Positions 1-43,518 of a stretch of 64,000 nt of DNA are shown piece after piece. Every line of letters begins with the position of its first letter. The first letter of the stretch is position 1. Origin of the DNA: Tubiluchus corallicola (lineage: Eukaryota > Animalia > Priapulida); assembly GCA_030141605.1 (NCBI GenBank), contig JAQGDQ010000442.1:62001-126000 (forward strand). The letters run 5' to 3'. The notes under the pieces are model-generated. The model had not been told where the DNA came from. It saw nothing but the letters and a program-made list of their open reading frames with translations, and searched no databases. Both the position numbers and the translations under genes were made by a program.

Positions 1-338
1 AGGAAAGCGGAGCGATACGTTTGGCACCAGGTTGGCTGCAGGAGCTACCGGAGTCAGTGAGCATGCTGCACTGGTCCGCTTTCGGGGCTCCACTCCTGAT
101 TTGGAAGGTTTACTCCTCTACACATGGCCATTGGGTCACTTGACCTCCTCCGCCCTCTAACCGTTGGCTGCTTGTGCAGCTCTCCTCCTAGTGTCGAGAT
201 ACAGTGTGGGCATCCCGCAAGTGTACGCCACCTGGTATTCCTAGGCGGTCACCCATCCAAGTACTAACCAGGTTCTACGTTGCTTAACTTCAGTGATCAG
301 ACAAGAACCGGTGTTTTCAACGTGATATGGCCGCAGAT
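1..338 (-). mobile_element. 5S rRNA-headed SINE (SINE3-like), copy 1; body runs off the window start
   Basis: Reverse complement of ~220-338 is a 5S rRNA-like sequence (GGCCATATCACGTTGAAAACACCGGTTCT...AGTTAAGCAACGT...GTTAGTACTTGGATGGGTGACCGCCTAGGAATACCAGGTG). Bases 1-220 closely match 50218-50440, the body of a complete TSD-flanked copy. Confidence 0.8.
220..338 (-). pseudogene. 5S rRNA-derived sequence (SINE head, diverged)
   Basis: Recognisable 5S rRNA with internal Pol III box A (AGTTAAGC) and box C (TGGATGGGTG); several substitutions; no oligo-T terminator after it. Confidence 0.75.
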
Positions 339-399
339 AATAGGTAAGAACTGGGATACTACCAATCCCATAGTCTCACAACATTCCATCTGAGTTTCC

Positions 400-690
400 A
401 TCTATCCATCCACCCAGTTCGAAGGAACATTTTCTTTGGGAGGTTATGTGTTGGTTGTAATGTATCTGCCACGTCACGAAACATAGTTAACCATTCCTAA
501 GAAGCGACGAAGTTTGGCAGCATTATTTGGTAGCTTCATTTCAATAACTGCACTAGCTGTTGCATCATCGATCTTCTTGCCACCTTTCTTGATACAATGT
601 CCCAGAAATGTAACTGAATCCTTCCTAAATTCTGACTTACCACCATTTAATTTTATGCCAGTCTCCAAACACCTTTTCAATAGACCTAGG
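400..690 (-). mobile_element. Gypsy/Ty3 LTR retrotransposon RT/connection fragment
   Basis: ORF 474-680 reads GIKLN..KSEF...VTFLGHCI...P.NAAKLRRFLGMVNY, typical of the end of Gypsy RT. Confidence 0.7.
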
Positions 691-1029
691 CACTTATCGT
701 GTTATACTATACTAGATAAAAGATATACTAGAAATAATCAAACCTACCGGCTCTCATAATGAATGGCACGTTCGAACCGCGCCAGTTGCTGCTTATTCAA
801 TTAAATTTATTATAATTTTGCATTCTACAGCTCTTGTGATTCACTAAAGCTAGCAATGCTCAGGGTGTATTAGTGTAAGACTAACATTTTGATCAAATTC
901 AAGCACCGGACTTAAATCCAACTAACAGCGAAGTTAAGACAACTAGTGAGATGGACTTAAGTGCGTCCTAAGACAGCTACATGTGTTACGGTTTAAGGTG
1001 TCGTAACGCGATCCACGTAAATACTTGGA

Positions 1030-1160
1030 CCAGACGGTTTAGTCTAGTGATAACGCGTCCGCTTTCCGTCTGGGAATTCGTGAGTTCGATACAGCGGCCG
1101 GGTCATACCAAAGACTTTAGAAATGGTACCTGCTGTTGCCCTGCCTGGCGTGTGGTTTTT
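1030..1160 (+). mobile_element. tRNA-derived SINE fragment with a Meta-domain-like core
   Basis: A-box-like GTCTAGTGATAA and B-box GAGTTCGATAC are followed by GGTCATACCAAAGACTTTAGAAATGGTACCTGCTG, which resembles the MetaSINE central domain as I recall it. Confidence 0.5.
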
Positions 1161-1623
1161 GTGGTAAAAGTGGGGTAATAATAGTCTCTGCTATGTAGAT
1201 GTAGATTGTTATTTACAGTCGGCAATAATAGTTCTTTGAGCTTATGTTAAATGTTTGTGCAAAGGCCGACTGTTATTATAGTTCATAAAGTTACGACGGA
1301 TTGAGGGGCAAAGCCCCCATGGGTGTTCAAGGGGGCAAAGGCCCATTGGAGCCAGCAACAAATTGCTATTTTGTGACCACAGAGAACCTCTAAGTGGACT
1401 TAAAATATCAGTTACCTTGTTTCATGCTTAATTTAAAATACCCAACTATCAATGATACATGATACCTAAATGTGTTATAAACGTGGTTATATACACGTGG
1501 TTACACTGATGTACGTGATGTAAACGAAGTGACGGCCTGCCATCTAGCGGTCAGCTTATGAAATAACATACTATAATACTGTAGAATATTTTTACATACG
1601 GTTTTATACGGTATAGTCTTGTA

Positions 1624-2036
1624 CAAGGCCGTAGTCGGCGGTCCGGCCGGTACGGCCATGGCCGGACCACTTTTTCTGCCATACTTTTCTGCCTAGACAT
1701 TCTCAGCCCTGCGTAGAGTAAAAACTTATTTGCGGAGTACGATGACTCAAACTAGACTGAATAATCTCATGACTTTGCATGTACATATGGATAGAACAGA
1801 CGCTCTCGACCTGAAGGAAATTGCGAACGAGTTTACTGCTAGAAATGAGCGGCGCAGATGTGTGTTTGGGAAGTTTTAATCAATCATGTCATCATTGAGT
1901 ATGTGTAGTGCTCTATTATATTATAACTCTGTATTATAAATTATAATATACTCTTCTATATGTTGCTGCTGTATTCTTTTTCTACATGTTCCGTATCTGT
2001 GGCCGGACCACTTTTCAAAAGCCGACTACGGCCCTG
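1624..2036 (+). mobile_element. Non-autonomous hAT-like element retaining the transposase C-terminal dimerisation segment
   Basis: Terminal inverted repeats CAAGGCCGTAGTCGGC / GCCGACTACGGCCCTG. Internal ~1700-1879 translates as ALRRVKTYLRSTMTQTRLNNLMTLHVHMDRTDALDLKEIANEF...RRCVFGKF*. Confidence 0.7.
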
Positions 2037-2483
2037 TTGTACGGTGTTGTGAGATATGTACTAAGACAAAGTGGTGCAGTACTGCAGTGTGATCTAGTAT
2101 GGCACGACGTGACGGAAAAGTCTATGAAAGCTGTATACGGCATATCGTACTCTAGTAAAATAATTGGTATAGTGGTTGCGTTAAAGTCTGTTTATTATAG
2201 TGGTTAAAGCTGATTGTTGTTGTTTATTGCGTGGCGTGTGAGGTAGCCACGATGGGCATGGCAAACTATCAAGACTATTTAATAAACTACACATTTATTA
2301 AATATCAAACACAACACGGTAAATATAAGAGGATAGTAATGCTGGCCCTCCGTCTTCAAGTCAGTTCCTAATCTCCCCCGAGGTGCGGGCCTCATACCAC
2401 TTTTGTCTAACTACCTAATGAGCCATGAGCTTCTGCGCATAAGGATTACACCATCAGCCTTTATTTCTGAGTGTCGTACTCTT

Positions 2484-2758
2484 TTAGTAATCAAAGTTAT
2501 AAGATATGTCAGTACCAATTATTTCTTCCCGATGGTCGGTGCAACCATAAAGCTTATTTATCTTCCTCACGTCGACTTCGCTCAAACCATCTCGCTGTCC
2601 AATCTTAACACCTTCTTGAAGGGGAACAATAGATTTAAGTCGTCCCCGGTCCTTGCTAAAGACAAACTCGCCGTAATGCGTAATGCTCCCGTAATCGTAA
2701 GCTTCGCCAAGAGTCTTGATTTCCCAGTAGTCGCGTTTCTTAAAGTTTTTGTTCTCAT
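2484..2758 (-). pseudogene. Orphan exon encoding the C-terminal half of an astacin (M12A) zinc metalloprotease domain
   Basis: After a TAG acceptor at 2759-2761 it translates ENKNFKKRDYWEIKTLGEAYDYGSITHYGEFVFSKDRGRLKSIVPLQEGVKIGQRDGLSEVDVRKINKLYGC. YDYxSxMHY, IGQR.GLS..D and INKLY.C are astacin hallmarks, but the Met-turn Met is Thr. Not in the supplied ORF track. Confidence 0.75.
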
Positions 2759-3139
2759 CTACATAAAGAGAAGAAAATATGAGAATTATTCAAAGACTTC
2801 AAAGATACTGATGCTGAGACTTCAAAGATACTGATATTTTAGCTGCTTTTCACTATTCTGCAGCAGGTTCAGGCACAACCGTCAAATCGGAACTAATGTA
2901 ACAGTTCCATAAGCTCAAATAAACGACTACAAGCAAAAAAGAGAGTAAGAGAGATTTACCCTTTTCAATACGTAGTTCTTTTTTAAATTGCTACATTGAA
3001 TTTGCACATTTGACAATAACTTCTTCTGGTGTGTTACTAAAACAGAATAGTTGTTCGTTACTGATTACTAATATTAAATATTAGTTTTATTTGTACACAT
3101 GCACACGCATACGAGCACACATACACGCACTCATGGAAT

Positions 3140-3500
3140 TTAACTTTTTTACCACCATGACTGATTTATTGAAATTTTTACTAATTCGCATTACGAACTC
3201 ACCCGTTGATTCGCTGTCTGACTCTTGCACTGTATTTACAGTTCTGTGGCATGGCTTTGCTGATATTGCTGTCTGATTATAATTACGTGATTCACGCTGT
3301 CTGACTCTTGCACTGTATTTACAGTTCTGTGGCATGGCTTTGCTGATATTGCTGTCTGATTAAACTACGAGATTCACGCTCTCTAGATCTACACTTGTTT
3401 GCAAAGTGGTTGAAACCAAAGCATTTTTTACAGTTTTTCCCAAAAGGAAAAGGCTGGGCAATGATCTTTACCCCACGGATTCTTTCTGCCACAAAAATCA
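3140..3500 (-). mobile_element. Degraded Gypsy gag (zinc knuckle) fragment with an internal ~73 bp duplication
   Basis: P.FGKNCKKCFGFNHFANKCRS CCHC knuckle followed by VNTVQESDSES; 3215-3290 is repeated at 3297-3370. Confidence 0.55.
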
Positions 3501-5397
3501 CAGTTTTTCAGTTTATGAAAACCAATGTAAAAGTTTGTCCTAGAAATGCGATAACCACAGAGGCTATGTTAGGTGCGAGCACATGTCTTTAGGTTGTACT
3601 GAAGTATATCGCAAAGCAGCGGCCGACCAGAAAGTGGCACATGGTATTTGTTAGTGTATGTAGTTTATACTATTGAGAAAAAAATTATGTAATAAATGTG
3701 AGAAAGGAAAAGTTAGGTAGGTCAGTAAGAACAGGGTAGCGCTAAAAAACACTTTGGAGAAAGAAGGTCATGGGAGTAGGTTTACATATTATAGTTTTAG
3801 TTTTTGGGAGGTGATTATATCTCATTTTTGCAGGAGTGTAATTATAATCATAAAAGGGTTTGTATTAATGGAGAGAAATTTTGTATGCGTATAGTTATAA
3901 TATTTTTCAAGGAATATGTTATGAAGAGAGTAAGGAATGCAAAAAGACAAATACAAATACAGGTTCTTGGAGTCATCAGGATGAACTTGAGAGTCGAGTT
4001 TCGGCTGCTTAACTGAATAGGATTCACTGACGGGCATTTTCTTCATGCCGTCACCACTTGTAGATAGCATCATCTGTCTGGGTTTTCTGTAGACTGCATG
4101 TACAGTCTGCTCATCATTTCAACATGCTGCTAACTGTTGCTTAGCCATCTGGTACAACTCAAACTGTAAATAGTTTTCTTTGAAAAATTTGTGGCCAAAA
4201 CTAACGTCATTACATCCGAAAATTAGTTGCTAATTGATCTCATTACTAATTTTTACATAAACACAGTTAAATACATCACCAAAAATCAGAACTTCTAGTG
4301 AACTGCAGAAAATATGTTAGGCGTGCCTTCCTGCTGTCCACCAGATTACGTCATTTTTCAAATATACCCGCAGGTCGATGTTCATTGGTGGAACAATGGG
4401 CAATTGGGTATTGGTAATAGGAGCAGTCGAACGTGAAATGATCGCGATTCTAAAGTGATTTTTCTAATTACACGAAGTGCATATCACACTTTAATTACCA
4501 ATCCTTCTAGCATTTTTCTCAGACATTGAAATAAGCGTATGTTCCCAGATGGCTTGAGTTGTCCTTTAACTTGAAACTACTTCACTGTGTTTTTTTATGT
4601 ATTGACAAAAGATTTGTTACTTACGCGTATCTAAAGTATATGTAAGAATGTTAAGCTCAATTAGATTCTTATATAAGTAGTATATAAAGTATATAAACGT
4701 TTTGTAGATGATGTTATATTATCACGTTGTTTTAAGGCTTATATTGTATAGCTATTTTGTACAATACAGTATTAGTAGAATAATACTGCACTGTACTAGG
4801 TATTGCAGTATCCTGTATTTTTTGATATATTTTGTATTCAGATATTGGAAACTACAGTGTAGACTAAACCTAAATTGTGAAGACCAAATACTCTATTAAT
4901 TACAGTATTGCAAAGATGAAAATTGTTTTGCATTTTTTTACTCAAAATTACCAGCGTCTGTTATTAAACCTTAACAAATATACTTATTATTATTCTATAA
5001 AAACATTACCTATGAATAAGTGAATAAAAATTTCAGTAGGACAGCAGATATATTTACATTACGTACACAGCAAAACGTGTATCAAATTTTAAATAATCTA
5101 TTAAAACACATAACTGTACTAATCTGACTATAATATAATTATCTTAACATATTCAATAGCTCTTATTTAAAACTAAGAAAAAATTTAAAATTCGCTAAGA
5201 AAATAAAAACTGTGATATACATAAGTAAGAATATGACATTTTTGATACTTAATGAATTTGTCGATATGTCATTGTACAAAAAGATGAAACAGTTAGAAAA
5301 TAGTTGACATTTGATGTGTTGATGTACTTTTGCCACGTTATATATTGTACGTATAAGAAGCAGCTTTACACAAGCTTTTAATGTAGCTTTTACAAAT

Positions 5398-6733
5398 CAG
5401 TGCTGGGACCGGTTAACTGGTTATCAGGGTGAACTCTAAAATTCCTCTGACATGCGCAGTCGCTATCACAGCTGTCTCGCAGAATCTGATCAATCGTTGG
5501 TTCTATGTAGGAAAGTGTTAAGCTTAGTTCAACAATGCTTGGCATCCTTACAAACAGAGACTTTTCACTTTCTATGTAAGAAAGTGTTAAGCTTAGTTCA
5601 ACAACGCTTGGCATCCTTACAAACAGAGACTTTTCACTTTCTATGTAGGAAAGTGTTAAGCTTAGTTCAACAACGCTTGGCATCCTTACAAACAGAGACT
5701 TTTCACTTTCTATGTAGGAAAGTGTTAAGCTTAGTTCAACAACGCTTGGCATCCTTACAAACAGAGACTTTTCACTTTCTATGTAGGAAAGTGTTAAGCT
5801 TAGTTCAACAACGCTTGGCATCCTTACAAACAGAGACTTTTCACTTTCTATGTAGGAAAGTGTTAAGCTTAGTTCAACAATGCTTGGCATCCTTACAAAC
5901 AGAGACTTTTCACTTTCTATGTAGGAAAGTGTTAAGCTTAGTTCAACAATGCTTGGCATCCTTACAAACAGAGACTTTTCACTTTCTATGTAGGAAAGTG
6001 TTAAGCTTAGTTCAACAATGCTTGGCATCCTTACAAACAGAGACTTTTCACTTTCTATGTAGGAAAGTGTTAAGCTTAGTTCAACAATGCTTGGCATCCT
6101 TACAAACAGAGACTTTTCACTTTCTATGTAGGAAAGTGTTAAGCTTAGTTCAACAATGCTTGGCATCCTTACAAACAGAGACTTTTCACTTTCTATGTAG
6201 GAAAGTGTTAAGCTTAGTTCAACAATGCTTGGCATCCTTACAAACAGAGACTGTTCACTTTCTATGTAGGAAAGTGTTAAGCTTAGTTCAACAACGCTTG
6301 GCATCCTTACAAACAGAGACTTTTCACTTTCTATGTAGGAAAGTGTTAAGCTTAGTTCAACAATGCTTGGCATCCTTACAAACAGAGACTTTTCACTTTC
6401 TATGTAGGAAAGTGTTAAGCTTAGTTCAACAATGCTTGGCATCCTTACAAACAGACTTTTCACTTTCTATGTAGGAAAGTGTTAAGCTTAGTTCAACAAT
6501 GCTTGGCATCCTTACAAACAGAGACTTTTCAAATAAGAGTTTCACTCTTATTTGAACATATTCTTCTGAAGTTTCATGTGATATGTTTGCTGTGTAAATT
6601 TTTAATTTAGTTGGTTCTCTAATAATCTAGCCAGCAAATTACAGAAAACCTCTTATGTTGCTTAGATCTGATTAATCGGTTAACCGATAAAAATTTAACC
6701 GGTCAAGTGAATCCTTAGCCGGTCCCAGCCCTG
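5398..6733. mobile_element. Non-autonomous hAT-like element carrying a 69-bp tandem array
   Basis: TIRs CAGTGCTGGGACCGG / CCGGTCCCAGCCCTG; 8-bp TSD TTACAAAT (5390-5397) / TTACAGAT (6734-6741). Confidence 0.75.
5501..6531. repeat. 69-bp minisatellite, about 15 near-identical copies
   Basis: Unit TCTATGTAGGAAAGTGTTAAGCTTAGTTCAACAAYGCTTGGCATCCTTACAAACAGAGACTTTTCACTT; explains the 23-aa periodic ORFs. Confidence 0.95.
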
Positions 6734-7186
6734 TTACAGATATAAATGTATTAAAGGGTCCTCTTTACTAAATAACGTTGTATCGTAATAGCGAAGTGAG
6801 AGGGCATGGGGTGGGCTACCCAGTCAAAGTTAACCAGGGCCCAGGCTGAGTGAATGTTTCGGGTTCAATACTTGCCCTAGGGAGTTTTATTTGTCATTGT
6901 CATTCAGTTGGCTTACCTTGTTGAGTGCGGAGTTATTTACATTTGAATTATGACTGAGACACGTCGGCTTGTTCAGTGGCTCATCTTAGTGGATTTTCGT
7001 GACAATGAGCTACATTCTAGTCTAGCCACAAACGTGAAGTAGGCCCTAACATTGAATGCTAGATTCTGATTTGCAGTTATCCGAAGTAGAGAAAATAGTC
7101 ATCACTTCTAAAAAATGGTTTATACAAAAAAGGACACCTGTAACCCTTTGTGTATGAATTTTGCATTGTATCTTGGAGGATCTGGG

Positions 7187-7392
7187 CAGGGCCTATTTCA
7201 GGGGGGAAGTGGGGATACTTCCCCGGGGCCTCAGCCTCCAGGGGGGCCTCGCACCAAGGTAACATTTTTTTGCTTTATGCGAACATACTGCCTCCTCTCT
7301 CCCTCTCTCTCTCCCTCCGTCTCTCTCTCTCTCTCCCTCTGTCTCTCTCCCTCCGTCTCTCTCCCTCTGTCTCTCTCTCTCTCTCTCTCTCC

Positions 7393-7428
<36 letters not shown>

Positions 7429-7492
7429 CCGCAGGCACGGGGCCTCACACGTCCCACTTCCCCGGGCCTCGCTTACACTGAAATAGGCCCTG
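7187..7492. mobile_element. hAT-type MITE with internal (CT)n microsatellite
   Basis: TIRs CAGGGCCTATTTCAG / CTGAAATAGGCCCTG; perfect 8-bp TSD GATCTGGG on both sides. Confidence 0.85.
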
Positions 7493-7602
7493 GATCTGGG
7501 AAATAATGCAAGCCATTTGTGTGACATCTGTGTGTTGGAGTCGGGGAAGGGCCTATGCAATTGATACCAGTTTATTGACCTTTGACCCGGAACGAAAGTT
7601 TT

Positions 7603-38411
<30,809 letters not shown>

Positions 38412-41090
38412 GATGACGACTGACTGTCAGCTGAAAATGAAGGACAAAGATGAATTCATCAAAGCCAATTTGTATTACAGGCACATAAATGACCATATTT
38501 GTGCCTCTGGACACAAAATTAACTTTAATAATTTCAACATTGGCGACCAGAGCTAAATAACTGGGGCTTATTAATAAAAGAAAGTTTATCAATGAACCCT
38601 AATAAGCCTTCTCTTAATGTACAAAGCAGTTCAATTTCTTTAGCTTTATTTTCAAACACTTGTCAAAGTCTTACTAATAAAAGAAACTTTATCAATGTAC
38701 CCTAATAAGCCTTCTCTTAATGTACAAAGCAGTTATAGTCTATTCTTACTGTAAATGTTCTTGTAAATAGTGTGTATAGTTTGTTGTGGTGAGGATTCTA
38801 AATCATGTTGTTCAAACTGTCTGATCCAATCCTATAATAAATTATGTTTAAACTAAAGTAAGAACCGAATGTAAGATGTTTAGTTCTTGTTAAACAACGT
38901 GGGGGGGTCACCTTCCAGGCGGGCGCAACCTCATCAACACTGTACTTTTCAATGTCAATAATGTATCTATTAACTCTTGCCAACCTACAGAACGACTGTT
39001 TGTATACAGCAATGATTGCGCCTGTATTTAACGAGATAATTGAAGCAAGTCTCTTGCAGCTAATAAGGCTTTTGCAGTTTATCAAACTGTATTTTGCGAC
39101 AAAAACATTAATTCGGTATTTGACGCACCAGTGTTTTGTTTTAAGCCACATATTTAAACGTCTTCTAACCGAAGTAGTGATTAAATCTTGGCATAAGACG
39201 CCTTGCCAACGTTACTTGGGTGCTGACACAATTTAAGACAATGGTAATCCACCTTGCATTATCGCATAGGCTGCCTAAGGCATTTCAAGTAACGTTTTTT
39301 CACTGCAGTTGTCTTGAAATATGTGCTAATTTAGTCTGCAATGAACAGTAAAATAATGGCATTTATTGACAAACGCCTGCAGTTCTGCCCATTAAATGTT
39401 ATTTATACGTTTGGAAGGGCTAAAGTCATATTATTAAACGTTACCATCAATTATAAATGTTAGATTATAACAAAAAATCTGACATAGCCTAATAGTCGAA
39501 CGTGGAACCTTTACTGTGACAATTTAAAAACCCGGATGAGCTGATCTGTTAACTGGCGTCCAGTGGCGTAATTATTAACAAGCTTGACCAGCGGTCAGAA
39601 GATCCTATATCAATTCATAGGCTTAAAATCCTTATATTAGCTCTTTATCAACATAATGATTGTACTTTCATACGGTAATTTTACTAAAAAAACGTAAAAA
39701 TAATACTTTTGGCAATTAGTCATACATAAACAAGAGATATAGTTCTTGTAAACTTAGCATTGTTATGAAAATGTTATTTAAGGTTAACAAAACACTGCCT
39801 ATCTTAAAACACAACAAGCGACACATTAAAATATTAAAAATAAAACAAAATATCGTACCTTGTTAGGAAGTGATTTAGGTCACAAAGTTTACACAAACAA
39901 GTTCTTCTATTGTTTCTGTTCGTGGCTTCAAGTTCTTAGACTATGTAAATGGAGATATCTTTCCAAAATGGACAGCAGTAATTCCAAAAGTTTGTAAGAT
40001 GTTTAAAACTTTCTCTTCAAAAGCAACCACTGGCTGTATGTATGCCTTTTCCTTGTCGAGAGAAAACTTTCACTTTAAACCCAACGTATTCGATGAACAC
40101 ATCCGATATGGGTGAATCCTGATACCTCCTGTTGGTCACTCTCGAGCTCAGGCAGTGGTCAACAGCTGTGGCTACCAGATTTTGCACTGGCCAGTTCGAC
40201 CAAGTTGTAAGAGAACACCGCCAGAGACTGACCACACTCAGTGACCCGCATTTGAAGTAATGGAGTTGTTATCTACCCGCAGGCACACTGACAGCAACAG
40301 CTTTTTCGAGTTCTGTCCAACTTTTCTATTGAATTTAGTGATGCCTGACGGGGCGTATGATCCAGGGGTACACAGGTCTGGTTGTGCATTCTCAATAGTT
40401 GCACGCTCGTTTTAGTAGGGCATAATTCACCTACGAATCCACTCAAAGATTGCGTTTTAAGATAAAAAAGACAGGTTTATGCACCGTTTATATCATCTTT
40501 GCCGAAATTGACATCTGGTCTCCACCCAAATTTGTTTGAACTGAGCAGTAAAGTGTTTAACAAGTATGAATAATGTGTGTTAAACGCGTTTTCAATTGAC
40601 GGGTTGATACGCAGGTGATGCGTCGCCTTTTTAATCATTCTAGATAAGCTTGAAGAAATTATGGAAACTCTTAATTCAAATATTGATTTGAAGGGTTAAC
40701 ACGCTGATGATGCGAGGCCTTTTTAATCATTCTAGATAAACTTGAAGAAATTATGGAAACTCTTAGTGCAAATATTGATTTTTCACGCTGTAGGAATGAA
40801 AAAGTGTTATGCACAAAATACGAATAAGTTTGACTACGAGATAAAAGCGAAAAAATTAAAGAATTTTTGAACTTGGGGCGTATCTAGGTCGCTAATAAGT
40901 CACTTTTGTTCTTGCTTTTCTTACCATATATATGATTTTTATTACTAGTAATATCACATTTACGACAGTAAATGAAATCATAAATCATTGTACAGATGAT
41001 AGAATACGTGCATTTAAGTTTGTAACCAAACAGAAGTTGAGAAAGATTTCTCTAACTAAACTTTCTATGAAGTTAATAAAGGTAGTAATA

Positions 41091-41420
41091 TTGTTACGAA
41101 GGCGCCTGTAGTCGGGCCTGGCATAGGATCCTCTGCACGCCCTGCTTGCAGGTTAACAGCAGCGACTGGCACTTTTTGTTTGGTTTGGGCCTACACGTGG
41201 TGTGAGAAGCCAGCTGACCTGCAATGGCAGTATAAAAGCGTGTAGAGATCTGCACAGCTTTGATTTCTTACACAGGTGCTTCTCTGTCTAGTATAAGTGC
41301 TGTTACCTAGTTAGATTTGACTATTTTCTTCCCCCTTTTTTGTTATAATAAAGTGCTGATAATAAAACTTGTTACAGTATTATTTTAGTGTTCTATTTAG
41401 TGTGTGCTAGATGACATGCT
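41091..41420 (+). mobile_element. Possible solo LTR
   Basis: Starts TGTTACG; internal TATAAAAG (41231) and AATAAA (41348, 41361); 3' end and TSD not clear. Confidence 0.35.
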
Positions 41421-41629
41421 GCGAGAAATATAATGTAATTATTTCCTAAACGATTCATCATAAGAAAACGCTCCACTTATATAAGCTTAAAAAATCATCT
41501 TGAAGTTTTATACCACTTACTACCTTTTTACATGCATGGTTTGCGTCAGCAGTAACGCTGTATAAAACTTGTTTAAAATCTAAACTCCCGTAATGATCGT
41601 TAGGTGCAGGCATTTTAATGGCAGGTCGT

Positions 41630-41975
41630 TTGAAACAAGTTTAGATAACATTGAGTAAAGTTTGAAAAAATAATCAGAGCATTCGTAGCATACATGTTGC
41701 TAATTAAGTAAAATTTTAAATCACTGAATCTTGTCAATAAGATGAAAAATACGTTTGTGGTTAGTGAGTGGTGCACCCTGGAGGGCGAATCGGCGACATT
41801 TTGCCAATTGGCACAAACATTTTAAATTATTAATCTAATTACTTAGGTCTTTCCAGTAGGTAAGTGAAATGCTAAGTAATATAGATTTGCGTGGAAAGTT
41901 TTTAGGACGTAATTTAACATTTCGTTTTCTTTCCCTGATTTACGTTGCGCGTATATGACGTCATGTAATGGTGCA
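41630..41975 (-). mobile_element. Repeat family B copy
   Basis: Inverse homology to 13215-13520 (e.g. CACCCTGGAGGG, TATGACGTCATG) and direct homology to 57160-57490. Confidence 0.65.
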
Positions 41976-42272
41976 TTACGTTTATTCCATTGCAATTATT
42001 TCATAAACAATTCATTATTAATTAAAATAACATTTGTAGTTAAGAGAATTTCATTAGTTAAATAATCAGTTACATTATCGAAAGGAAAACTGTACAAGAT
42101 GGATGGACTCAATATTGTAATGATTAAAATACGTTTGTATCTACAGCAGATATTATGCAGCATTGTGACTAAATGAAACTCGGCTCGTGACTTTGACATA
42201 GTACATCAGATTCTACGAGTAAAGAGAACCTGTTAAACTATACTAAGAGCAGGAGATTATATGAAACAATTA

Positions 42273-42600
42273 TGTTAATAAGATGCTCACAATAGAAAAC
42301 CAGCTAAGGAGTGGTACCACGTGATAGCGTGGGTGGAGAATTGTGCCAGTTGTCAGGCTGCACACTGTCAGGCTGCTCACGTATATGAGGCAGACAGCCC
42401 CAGCCCGGCAGGAGAGTTGAGTCTGACATTGGACCTGGAAGCTGGAGCGTCTCACTCGCTAGATCAGGTGCCTTGGCATTGCTATATATACTATACTTAT
42501 TGTGTCGATATTTAATAAACGTGTTATTTTATAAATAAAGTCTTAATAGCTCTGCCATTCCTCAAACATCTATAAACAGCTACACACGGTTCACACAACA
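42273..42600 (+). mobile_element. Possible solo LTR
   Basis: TGTT...CAACA ends, TATATATA and AATAAA; no convincing TSD. Confidence 0.35.
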
Positions 42601-42892
42601 TACTACCCACTATACAAACAGAATAAATTTTACTCTACGTTTCATTGCAAATCCGACGTTATATATAAGGAACGTGTCTGCATGGCTTCCGTTCAGAGAA
42701 CGACGGTACCTGCTATATATAAGTATGGTATACCAACATGGGTCCAGGAAAACGGGCGTAGCATAGTAGCCCTGTGGTTGTGGTGGCTGTGTGGCATATC
42801 ACTGGATCATTGTGACATTTCATCGTTCAGTCGATTCACTGGGCACCATCTTGATACTGTACAAGATACGTTTATATCTTCTTGTGATTAAC

Positions 42893-43518
42893 TTTAAAGC
42901 AAAAACGGACCCAATGTTAAACTGTAGGTCAATATACTCTTTAAAATATTGAAAGGAAACATACTATTTTTTCAAAAATGATTTACGTGAAAGAATTATT
43001 ACCACACAAACACAATTTCTTCGCGCCACTAGTTCTTCGCTGTTACATGCATTTCGCCATTCGCTAGTTAGAGAGGCACTAGCACCTGCATTTCGAAAAC
43101 GCATTGCACAAAAAAGCAGGTGCTGTACGCCTGTACCTCTCAGTTCAGATGTGCTAGTTTGTGACGAACTACACACGTTAGATAGCTCATGCGTGAGTAC
43201 AGCGGTAAATGTGAAATTTGAATTTTTATCTTAAAACTTGCCTAGTTTTAGTACAACACACTGAATATCTTGCAGTAGCACTGTACTTCAATTTTCTCTT
43301 TCAACATGTGCAACACACTCGTGGAATATTTTTGCTGTTGAAAATTATGTTAGTTTGTGATGTCATCAATAGTTGGGCTCACTCGCCGTTAATTACGTTT
43401 TTAATATATTATTTAATTATCAGAAAAACTTTTGCAGTATTAATTGTGTTAAAATGTGTACTTTTTATAGGACTTGAAAATGGGTTAGTGTATGAAAAAT
43501 CGTACTGTGTTCCTTTAA
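42893..43518 (+). mobile_element. Repeat family A, copy 5
   Basis: TTAAAGCAAAAACGGACCCAATG ... GTGTTCCTTTAA; TTAA at both ends. Confidence 0.8.

Noticed and set aside
220-338. Functional 5S rRNA genes (also 50438-50556)
   Set aside because: Diverged from each other, lack a T-run terminator, and are fused to a shared body; the complete copy has a TSD and (CAA)n tail, so they are SINE heads.
3961-4163. Exon-like block on the minus strand (CAG..FELYQMAKQQ...DDSKNL..GT)
   Set aside because: Contains an in-frame stop and I recognise no homology; cannot be tied to the astacin exon.
5390-6474. 340-357 aa ORFs on both strands
   Set aside because: Pure translations of a 69-bp tandem repeat inside a MITE; no protein features.
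39859-40000. Candidate non-coding first exon of the SLC5 gene (AG|GTACGA donor at ~39858)
   Set aside because: A 5' UTR exon is implied by the acceptor at 38431, but this donor cannot be distinguished from chance without RNA data.
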